A stretch of 64,000 nucleotides of DNA, from assembly GCF_009914755.1 (NCBI RefSeq), contig NC_060944.1; one strand, written 5' to 3'. Every line of letters starts with the position of its first letter. Positions within the stretch are counted from its first letter, which is position 1. Positions 53,656-64,000 of this stretch are shown here, one piece after another. The notes below the pieces were generated by a model, which was not told the DNA's origin, ran no database searches, and saw only the letters and a program-made list of their open reading frames with translations. The position numbers were made by a program, and so were the translations under genes. The stretch is from the human T2T-CHM13v2.0 reference genome, Homo sapiens.

Positions 53656-54171
53656 CAGACAGGTAGGTCAGACAGAGAGCTCTGAAACAGATGCCAGCCC
53701 CAAGAGCCTAATGAATGTGTGGGAGCTGGCGGGGAGAGCTGAATTAGTCAACATGGAGCACTTTGGAAGTAGGTAGTTGGACTGTAAAGTCAATTTATAT
53801 CTCCCTATTTCATAAAAAGTTCTGAATGTATATAAAAAGCATTGATAAATAAATATTCTAGAAGCATGAATAAATTCAGCCTGAACATCTTACCGTAATC
53901 CCAAGTGAAAAAAAATTGATAAAGATTAAATATATATATATGTACACATTCTATACAACAGGCACTGTAAACAAAATTGGAACGCATATAATAATCTGGA
54001 AACAAACATTTGCAACAAATTAACAAATGCTTAATAATCCTCACAGAGCAAATAAGAAAACACAAACAACCTAATTAAAAACTGAGCTCATGCCATGGAG
54101 AAAAAGGTGAGAAGAAGTGGAAATGACTAAGAAAGAAATACATGGAAAAACATATGTGCATTTTAACTTGT

Positions 54172-54351
54172 TTTTTGGTTTTTGTTGTTGTTGTTGTTTT
54201 TTCTGAGATGGAGTCTCACTCTGTCACCCAGGCTGGAGTGCAGTGGTGTGATCTCTGCTCACTGCAACCTCTGTCTCCCCTGACCTTGTGATGCACCTGC
54301 CTCAGCCTCCCAAAGTGCTGGGATTACAGGCGTGAGTCACCACGCCCGGCC
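54172..54351 (-). mobile_element. AluS with central deletion (monomer-length chimera), inside old L1 fragments
   Basis: Right-arm ...CTCACTGCAACCTCTGTCTCCC joins directly to left-arm CTGACCTTGTGAT...CCCGGCC at ~54280; TSD GTGCATTTTAACTTGT / GTGCATCTTTACTTGT. Confidence 0.88.
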
Positions 54352-56109
54352 GTGCATCTTTACTTGTAATGATGAAAATGCACATGAAAGTTAGGGAAGA
54401 CACATCTTTCCAAAATGATTGCCCAGCTTCAGAGATTCCAGTTGCTCAGTAAAGGCACCTGAGGCAGCCTTTGGGATCACTGGGGAGGTTGAATCTCTTG
54501 TCTTGAAAGTTTCACTGAAATGTTCACTGAGGTCCTTCCCCTATATCTGTGGCCACACAACAGAACCACTAAAACATTTCTAAGATACACGCAGAGTATG
54601 TGTATCTTGCTTCCAGTAATGAACTGTCAGAAAAAAACTAAATGCCTGTCAAAAGGGGATGGTTAAATATGATGCAACTATTATGATGTTCTTAAAATAA
54701 TGATTAAATTATTCTAAATCCCTTGTCCATTGGCCAGGGCTGTGCTGGGTATGTATTTACATGGATCAATGTCCATGGTAAACTACTAAGGATGGAAAGC
54801 TAAAGGAAAATATGTTGAACATTTGTGTGAATATGTTATTCTCTGAGAGTTTAAATATTTATTCAGATAATTCTTGAAAGCTGTTCTCCACATTGTTAAT
54901 GGTATGTAGCCATGAAGAGTAGAATGGAAATAGGAACTTCCATGGTTTTAATTTTCTATGCATTGGTATGATTTGAATTCATAAATATGTGTTGTTTTTG
55001 CAATTTAAAAAACCTATTTAAACACATATCTATCCTTTGGAAGTAATCAGAGGTCTGGATGTAATGTTTCGGCTACACGTTCACATTCATACCTGATTTG
55101 GGGGAAGTGGAAAGCCTGGAGCCTCCTAGAAGTTGAGTGAAGGGTGTCTTTGTCAAGCATGCAGTGCACGTTGTGGTTGCAGTGTGACGCAGCAGGAGTC
55201 CAAGCCGTGGGCACTCACACGCATGCAGAGAAAGGTGTGCATGTGTGGAAGGGACTGCAGGAGATGCCAGTACTGCCACGAGTAGCTCCAGGCATGGGGT
55301 TACATGTGGATTTCATTTCCTATGTTATGTACTTTTCTGATTTTCAACTTGATCCTTGATTACTGTTTTGATTAGGAAAAAAAACCCAAAAGTTTAGAAA
55401 TTGTTTTGCTCTCTCTCTCATTTGACTGAAAATCTGTTTCTTAATCATATTTTATGTTCCCACGTCCTATGCCCAGAGCTAGCACACATTATGTGCTCAG
55501 CCAGTGTTTGCTCTTCCTGTACTTCCCCTGGGCACCTCCCTGCCCCTTGAAAGAGCGTGCTCTGCATTCCCACCCAGGAGTCCCAGCCTGAGGAAGCCCC
55601 TCTCCTCTGAGCACGCGTGTGCACGCACCTGCCTGCGGCTGACCGTCTTGGCTCTAAGCCCCACAGCAGTGGATATGTTTTCAAGAGTAGTTCGTTCACC
55701 ACATATTGAGTACTTGCCATTTGCTTGACCTTGTGGCAGACCCCAGAGACAGAGATGAAAGGCTTTGGTCCCTCATGGAAGAAGGGCATTCAGAGGCCCT
55801 GCCTAGTGTGCAGGGCCTCACTTTGCTTGACACGGTGCAAGTGCAAGTGGCGATACAGGCAGGCCAGCGGGGATGCTGCGTCCAGATGCAGCCAAGACTC
55901 GGAATGCGAAAGAGTGACTAGCCTGGAGGAGTAGAAATAAGGGGTCTTCTCGGCAGAGGGTGCAGGATAGGGCAGAGGTCACAGAGGCCTCCGCGCACCT
56001 AGGAGGTGGAAGTTGGATGTGACTTCAGAATTCCGTCTGCATCAGTGGTGTTTACTGAGATCCAGGTGCCCACACGAGAAACAACAGATGGGGTCAGACG
56101 AATTCAAGT

Positions 56110-56650
56110 GCAGTCCTGGCTACCTACTGCTGCCCAGATTGCCCCAAAATGTATAGCATGAAAGCTGCTGAGGGTTGGGAATTTTGGAGGGGTCGGCTGG
56201 GCGTGTTCAGCCCCATTCTCTCAGGCAGGTGCTGTCAGAGTGTATCTGGAGCCAGAAGAGTGGGGGGCCTGGGGCTACTGGGGGTCAGCCAGGTAACTGT
56301 AACCTCAGGGGTGCTGCACGTGGTCTCCCCACATGAACGATATTGGCCTTTCTCACAGCATGGCAGCCTTGAGGTATTAAACTTCGTAAAAGGAAGGTCA
56401 AGGCTCCGGTTTGAGTTTTCTAGTAAAAGACAGGTTGCGTGAACTTTTCTGACCTAGCCTCAGAGGTCAGGTCACGTCACTGTCGCCACACTCCTTCTGT
56501 TCAGGGTGAGTCTCAAGCCCACCTGGGTTCAAGGGGAGGGAGCAGAGACCCCACGTTTCACTGAGAGGAGTATCAGGGCCATATCCAGGAATAGATGTGG
56601 GATGGGAAGTAGTGTTGTGTCCACCTTTAGAAACGATGATCTGACACAGA
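56110..56650 (-). mobile_element. Old MaLR LTR (MLT1-like)
   Basis: CACGTGGTCTCCCCACATG...TCTCACAGCATGGCAGCC...TTTTCTGACCTAGCCTCAGAGGTCA...GGTTCAAGGGGAGGGAGCAGAGACCCCACG. Confidence 0.6.
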
Positions 56651-56785
56651 TACTAAAAAACAAAATACTCCAATTACTTGCCCTACACACAATAGGTCTT
56701 TAGGTCACAAAATAATGAAAAGTAGAGCCTTTTCTTACCAGAAATTTATCTAGATCTATTTGTTTAACATATGGATTTTCTAGAG

Positions 56786-57214
56786 TGCTATGGCTTGAGT
56801 ATGAATTATTTGTTCCCACCAAAACTCATGTTGAAATTTGATCCCCAATGTGGCAGTGTTTGGAGGTGGGGCCTAGTGGGAGGGGTTTGGGTGATGGGGG
56901 CAGATCCCCATGAATGGCTTGGTGCTATTCTTGAAGTAGTGAGTTCTTTCTTCCTTGAGACTGGATTAGCGCTCCAGCCAGAGCAGGTTGTTATAAAGCA
57001 AGGTTCCTCCTTCTGTTTGGTCTCTTTCCCTGCGTTTACACTTCCCTTTTGACCGTCTCTGCCATGTTATGATGCAGCACAAAAGCCCTTACCAGAAGCC
57101 GGGGCCATGGCCTTGAACTTCCCAGCTACAGAACTGAGCTAAATAAACCTCTTTCCTTTATAAATTACCCAGTCTCAGGTATTCTGTTATAGCAACACAA
57201 AACAGACTAAGACA
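56786..57214 (+). mobile_element. MST-family MaLR solo LTR (MSTB/C-like)
   Basis: TGCTATGG...CCCACCAAAACTCATGTTGAAATTTGATCCCCAATGTGGCAGTG...ATAAATTACCCAGTCTCAGGTATTCTGTTATAGCAACACAAAACAGACTAAGACA. Confidence 0.88.
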
Positions 57215-58604
57215 CATAGTCTTAATTATTTTCCAATGTCTGTATATATTCTTAGTGTGTCATATTGTTCTTTAAAAGTATCTTCTAGAGTGTGGTGCTA
57301 TACTTGAGTCCATGATGCAGAATCTGGGACATAGATTGATAGCACCAATTTTGTTCATTAGATGGATGCATTTGTCATTACGTAAGGAAATTATAGGTCT
57401 TTGGAATTTTCTTCAATTCCATCTCTCTCCAATGTTTTCACTGAAGAGATAGAAAGGAAAAGTGGGAAAAATTTGGAAGTTTCAGGTCCTTGTAGATCTA
57501 GTGACTTCTCCAGACTTATGCAGAAATCAGTGGCAAAGCTAATTTTGATATAATTTGGATACAGCTTTTTATTGCCTTACTTCTTTTTTTCTTTATTTCG
57601 TACAGTAATATCTCCTTTAAAGAAAGAGCCCTTTTAGCAAGTGTGTGTATACAACGTAGAAATGGTACTGCAACAAATGACAGAAGACTGAATGTGGCTG
57701 AGTGTTACTCAGGAGCTAAACAATGGAGTTTTCCATACCTGGAGGAATCTGGAAGCAGGAGCTACTGACTCAGCAGCTCAGTGCGGTTGGAGCTGGATCT
57801 CTATAGTCCTTGTGGCCTTTCCCTCCTGGCTCCCAGATGGCTGCTACTGCCCCCGATATCACATCTGAGGTCAAGGCAAGAAGTGAGAAAGGTGGACAGA
57901 GACCCCCCCAGGAGATGTCTTTGGCCCAAGCTTTGTCTCGTGGCCACCCTTGGTAATAAGAAAGTATGGGGTACAATTGAGGATTTAATGAGAACTTAAC
58001 TCTTCCACCCTCCAGGTGAAGGTGGGCAGGGTGAAGCACTGACATCCAGCAGTGGGTCCCCTATTCAGCCAGGGAGGGTCACCCCAGCTCTCAGTGACAG
58101 GCGTGCCAAGGCCACATCACAGGGTAGGTGTGGGAAGGGAAGACTGGGTGTATTTATGAAATCAAAAGAAAAGTCAGTGGTTTGCTGGTGGGTGTGAGGT
58201 TGGGTGTGGTGTGGGCAGGATGGCACAAGAGAGGGCAGGGTGGGTGCTGGAGAGGTGGCAACCCCCTTGCCTGGGCTGGGGAGCCAGGTGGAGGCCCTGG
58301 GCTGATGCCATTGCTGCTTATCCATAGACTTTGAATAGCACAGGTCCAGAGTGGTTCTCAAGTTTTGCTGCATGTTAGATTCACCTGGGGATATTTAACA
58401 ATTGGTTTATACACAAATAATGTGAAGACCAAAAATTGAGTTTAGTCTATAATATTAAAGCAGCAGCTGAATCAGTTTTGCTTACTGAAATGTCTGTTCA
58501 AGCACCATTCCTCAAACTCTAATGCACTCACATAACACCTGGGGATTTGCAGGCATGCGAGCTCTGGTCCAGTGGGTCGCTGGAACCTGAGAGTCTCCAT
58601 TTCT

Positions 58605-58939
<335 letters not shown>

Positions 58940-59689
58940 GAGAGTGTGCATTTCTAACAAGTGCCAGTGATGACAGTGCTGCTAGCCCGCAGGACACACT
59001 TTGAGCAGCCGGGGAATCACGGGCCAAGGTTGGGGGGAGAGGGTCGGTGGATGTGGGGTGGGGGGTATTTGGGAGTAGTTGTCCCTGGCTGGGCCACAGG
59101 AGGGAAGAAATGGCTTCAGCTGGAGAGGCCAGCAGCACAGAGCTTGCAGACTTTCACTTATGGTTTAATTTGCCTTAAGTAAACTTATACAACCTGGATT
59201 TTGGGTCAAGAAATATAATATGCTTAAAATTTGTCTTATGTAACAATATAATAAAAAACAAATTTTTACCATCCTTTTATTTAAACATTTGGAGGTAGAA
59301 AATCAGTGCTGTAGTTGGCAACTGCTATGCTTCTGGGTTTACTGAGGTGATGAGTGTTACAAAAGACACAGCAAGAGCCCAGGTTCACAAGGGATGGTGG
59401 TCCAGATGCCAGCTCTGTCCCTTACAGCCCCGTGGCCATGCTGAGTTATCTGCTCTGGTTCCTCCATCTCTAAGTGAGAGATGAGTGCTGTTATCTCAGG
59501 AATGTGAGGTAATGCCTGCAAAGGGTCCAGCGCACTTTTTTCATGCAGTGGGACTAAAGAAATGAATCCGTGTCCACATGGAAATGCACCCCCACGTGCA
59601 CACAGATGTGTATGTGTACATGTATATGTGTGTGTATAAGTATGCATCTATGCATGCTAATATTCCTTCCTTCTGGAATATTTGGCCCC

Positions 59690-60091
59690 ATGTGATGTGT
59701 TTGTAACAGGGGCTGCAACACTTCCTCTCATCCTGTTTCACACAGCCCAGCCCTTGGCACTGTGACATTGCCACAGCTCCCGTCAAGAAGAGGAGGTCCT
59801 GGGATCTGGATTTGGACTGACCCCATAACTGGCTTGGAGCACTACAAGGAAGCGAAAGTGGCGATGGACCCATTCTGAGGTGGTACAGCCAGCAGCTGTC
59901 CAAACATGTCGGTGAGGCTGTAGTGTGCCGATCTACTCCAGCTGACTGCGGCTTCATCAGTGACCCCAGGAGAGACCAGCCAAGAATCAAGCATCCCAGC
60001 GCAGCTTCACCTGTCAACCCAGAAAATGAGATGACTCCATTTTAACCCACCAACTCTTAGGGTGATTGGTTACACAACAAGTAATAACACA
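59690..60091 (+). mobile_element. MaLR LTR (MLT1F/G-like)
   Basis: CACTGTGACATTGCCACAGCTCCCGTCAAGA...CCAGCTGACTGC...TTTTAACCCACC...TTGGTTACACAACAAGTAATAACACA. Confidence 0.65.
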
Positions 60092-61117
60092 TGGCTAGAA
60101 AAAAATGGACTAGAAATATCTCTGCATAATACTCTATATTTACACTCAACAATATAGCCCTTGAGTAAACGTTGGAAGGGAATTCAGCTGGTCATTTATT
60201 GCTCCTGCAGAGAGGAAGTGTGGGAAATAATTCAGCCGGGATCCTGGCCCTGGTAAAAGGCAAGGCACCATGCGAGGCACTGCATTCACAGTGAACCAGA
60301 CGTGAGAGCCAAACAGACGTTTCCCATTTGTGCACACATACAAAGTGCTTCGCCCAGTGCCTTGTGGGGTGCCCCCACTTCTCTTCAGTGCTCCACGTCT
60401 GTTTGTAACTCACTGTAGCTCTCACTACCTGGTGGTGTGCCGACAACAATGGTAGACCAGCTGGACAAGCCCCAGAGTGGGGAGCAGAGGGAACACTTCA
60501 TCTGCTTCAAGCCCTTCTGCAGGCTCCAGGCACAAACTGATGAAGGACAGAATTCTTTTGTCCTGCTGGAGCCAGAGGGTGTGGACACCAGAGGAGCCGT
60601 CCCTGGGCATCACATTGGCTCTTGCCCAAGAAAGGTGAGTCCTCGTTTGTTCAGCCTTTGCCAAGAACTCTATACCCCAGGCAGGCCCACGGTGTCTCAT
60701 TGATGAGCTCAGTGGGACCAAGGTGTGAGTGTTTCACAGGACAGAAGTTAAATATGGAATACATTTCCTGCCTGGACTCTCAGCTGAAACACCTCTCCAG
60801 TATCTGCTGATGTCTTTAATGCCAGGCCTGGTGCCAGAGCATCCCCGGGCGCTCGGAGGAAAGGGACACGCCTCGCTCCACAGCTCTGGAATGGGGCATT
60901 GGTCCTGGGGTCAGGATTTTCCTCCTGTTCTATGTGAAAAGCCTCTTCCCCTGTTAGTCATCATTTCCCCACTGTGGCTGAGCCCTGTCCCTTGGTCTTG
61001 GCAAGTCTAAGCTCCTGTGGAGGCTGAGATTCCTGCAGGTGTCCTGACCCAGAAATGAACATCCAGCTTCTTTTAGAAGGCAGTGTTCTAGAAATGTGGA
61101 GGCCACCTTCCCATCTG

Positions 61118-61682
61118 TACGCATGCACACACCCACACTCATGGGGGCACACACACATACACATGCACACATACACTCACATGGACACAGATAGATGCAT
61201 GCACACCGACATGTAGATACATGCACACACACAGACACACATGCATGCACACACGTGCTCACAGGGACAGGCACAGTCACATGCAGGCACACGCAGACAC
61301 ATGGACACACATATAGATTCATGCACACACACACAAGATACATGCATGCACACACAGACATGTGGACACAGATACAGACACATGTGCACACAGACACATG
61401 GACACAGACACATAGATACATGCACACACAGACACATGCACACAGACACATACGTGCATGGACACACAGACACATGGACACATAGACACAGATACATGCA
61501 CACACACGTACACATGCATGCACACACATGCTCACAGGGACAGGCACAGACACAGGCACACACCACAGTCACATGACCACACACAGACACATACATGAAT
61601 GCACACACACATGCTTAAACAGACATACATTCACCACACACACTTATATGGACACAGAAATGCACACACAGGCACACTTATA
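61118..61682. repeat. CA-rich low-complexity array (CACAGACACATG-like units)
   Basis: Direct read; the block CACA(C/T)GTGCTCACAGGGACAGGCACAG occurs twice (~61250 and ~61523). Confidence 0.92.
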
Positions 61683-62489
61683 ACCTGAACAGTAACCTCC
61701 CACCTCTGTGAATGTCACTGCGGCATGGAGGGAGGAGGGAGTTGCCACTGGGGAGCCAGGGGCCTCCAGCCAAAGGACAGTGTGCGGTTCAGGGACAGAC
61801 TCGAGCAGCAAGTCAAGAACCAGAAGTTCTGATCACAGCCACTGGAGTGCGTTAAGAAGCCCTGTGGGCTGTTTTGTGTCATCACCAAGCAGGCCTGGCC
61901 GCTGGTGCTGCAGTGCATAGGAGCCCCAGATTCATCTGGTGAGGGTGAGGGTGCCATCTGTGTGTGGCCCCCGAGCTGAATCCACCACATCTGCTCCCAC
62001 AAATAACAGAAGAGAGAGGCAGGGGAGTATGCAGCCAGGGACAGGGGCCAGAGAGGCACCCTCCAGGATACCTTTGGGGCCCTGCACCCTTTCCTGTTCC
62101 ATCCACATGCTGTGGGCAGTGACAGGGGCAGGGCAGAAGGCCCAGCGGAGTGCCTCTGCGGGTCTGGTTTGTCATGGAGGGATCAGTGTGTTTCCATGCC
62201 TGAATGAGGAACACGCAGATCACAGTTCCCAGAGTACTTTATGTAAAGCTCGTCTTTGCGGCTTCTTGATTTTTATTTATAGAGAGCTATTTCACCTAAA
62301 ATAGCAGTTATGCCTTGCCTATGAGCCCATGAGGATGGGATTTGCTCTTGGCAGTTTGGAAATGAGGAGAGGCCTAGAGGAGGGGAAACCAAGTCACAGT
62401 CCTCATGGGAAAGGTGGTTTGGGGCTGGAGTGGGCAGTGGAAGGGGCTAGGCATAAAGAAGGTTGTATCTGGGGCTCTGCTGCCAATGT

Positions 62490-62650
62490 GCCCGGGCTTG
62501 GACCCTGGCTCGCCCCTAGCCCTTGGGAGATCATTCAACCTCTCTGTGCCTCGGTTTCCTTATGAATGAAGCGAGCACGCCAGTTACCCCTCCATGGTGT
62601 CGTCGGGGCAATTACCTGGATGAGAGATGTGCAGTGCTCAGCAGGATTGT
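62490..62650 (+). mobile_element. MIR fragment
   Basis: CCTTGGGAGATCATTCAACCTCTCTGTGCCTCGGTTTCCTT matches the MIR core. Confidence 0.7.
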
Positions 62651-64000
62651 CACGAAGCAGGGGCCGGCATGACAGCTGTGGCTAGGACTCCTTATGTGGG
62701 GCCTCAGCCAAGGCTAGCACCAGGGAATGGGCTGATCGGGGCCCTTCATATGGCAGGTGAAGCTCTGCTAGGAACCTGGAAGCGCCAGGCTCCAGGGCAG
62801 CACAGAGGAGGGCAGGCAGATGTCAATCAGCAAGCCAAGCCCCACAGTCTGGAAATTTGCACCAGTGTGAGTGGAGGTGGAGCCAGGGAGGAAGTAAATC
62901 CCAGAGGAGAAGGCCTGGGCCAACATTTTAGAGCCCAGCGGCAGTACTGAGCCCACTTAGGGAGGTGCCATGGAGTCGTGGCCCCTGGAGCTCCTCGTGC
63001 GTCTGGTTGCTGTGGCAGGTAAGGGTCGGCCTTTGAGGTCCAGGGTCAGGAAAGGACAGGCGCCATGGCGTGCAATAACCCTTATGGGATTGATAGTAAA
63101 ACATACAGAAAATATGTTTCAATAGCAAGCACCACTGCCTCAGTCCTTAAGATGCTAACCAGTTGGCTCCAATGAGTGTGAGGTCAGCCGCGATCCATTT
63201 TGGGAATTCTTTGAAGGCACAAGTGGTGACTCGTGGAATACTTAATAAAACAAAGTAAGGGTTGCCCCTGGAGAACAGAGGTCTGTACAGGCTGGGAGAG
63301 CAGCCAGGAGAGGACAGGATGCTCAAGTCTTTTTGCAGGGCCAGTCATGTCCGAACAACGCCAATTCACTTGCCGTAGGTTGACAGGTGCAGAAGATGAA
63401 AGAGTGGCGAGCCTCAGATGCTATTGCCTTGATGTTATTAGCTCCTGATTCTGACAGCGCAGGGCCTGGCCCAGGGCACAGCTGCGCACAGGGTGAGCAG
63501 CATGCCCTGCTGCAGGAGGGATTTGCCTTGTCACCATCCCCATAGCAGACCCAGGACAAGGTCCGTCACGTTCCTGATGCCAGGGGATGTGACATGTACC
63601 TCCCTCAGTGGCTTCCAGGTGCAGACCCAACACTGACACTGACCTTACAGTCAAATGGCAAAGTAGAAAATCCAACTGTAACACCAGCAAAGGACACTAG
63701 CTTGACAGCACTTTGGAGTATCTGGAGGAAATTAAAAGTATGGTTATGCTTGAAGACATTTCACTAAGTCATAAGTCTCTGGGCTCCTGGGCACATCAAG
63801 ATTTGTGTCATGCACTTTCTGGGAAGAAAACAAAATGGAAAATGAGGACCTTCCATCAGGAAGCTGATCGTTTCCTTCAATGCAAGTACTCTTTGGAAAC
63901 AAAAGCAAAACAAAACAAAAACCATAAAAAATACAAGAACAAGAAATGCTGAAGACAGGTGGAAAGAATGAAAATAGGACTGAAGCAGGCCTGTGCCCTA

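Noticed and set aside
60954-61608. Cys/Val-rich or His/Thr-rich ORFs resembling metallothionein or keratin-associated proteins
   Set aside because: Translations of (TG)/(CA) low-complexity DNA

Overview
Primate (almost certainly human) genomic DNA, not prokaryotic; no intact protein-coding exon is supportable. A ~2.6-kb CpG island (~40.9-43.5 kb) holds a non-coding first exon ending at a perfect GAG|GTAAGT donor (41734). From recalled mRNA 5'UTR sequence this is SYNDIG1 (20p11.21) on the + strand, making the last ~22 kb intron 1; this should be confirmed by BLAT. The upstream ~41 kb contains an old, heavily decayed GAPDH processed pseudogene (+, ~17365-18505), a ~1.9-kb C-rich 24-25-bp minisatellite (2448-4335), a complete TTAA-flanked MER85 piggyBac MITE, and many Alu, L1, L2, MIR, MaLR/ERV LTR and hAT fragments plus microsatellites. 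Nearly all listed ORFs are artefacts of repeats, low complexity or GC richness. I found no convincing new biological system. The best leads are the minisatellite (about 35 tandem SMAD CAGAC boxes; long stop-free frames between a splice acceptor and an AATAAA), the MER85 with its CSB-PGBD3 palindrome, a full CRE in an LTR near the promoter, and several unusual retrotransposon structures. Repeat subfamily calls are by eye and approximate.
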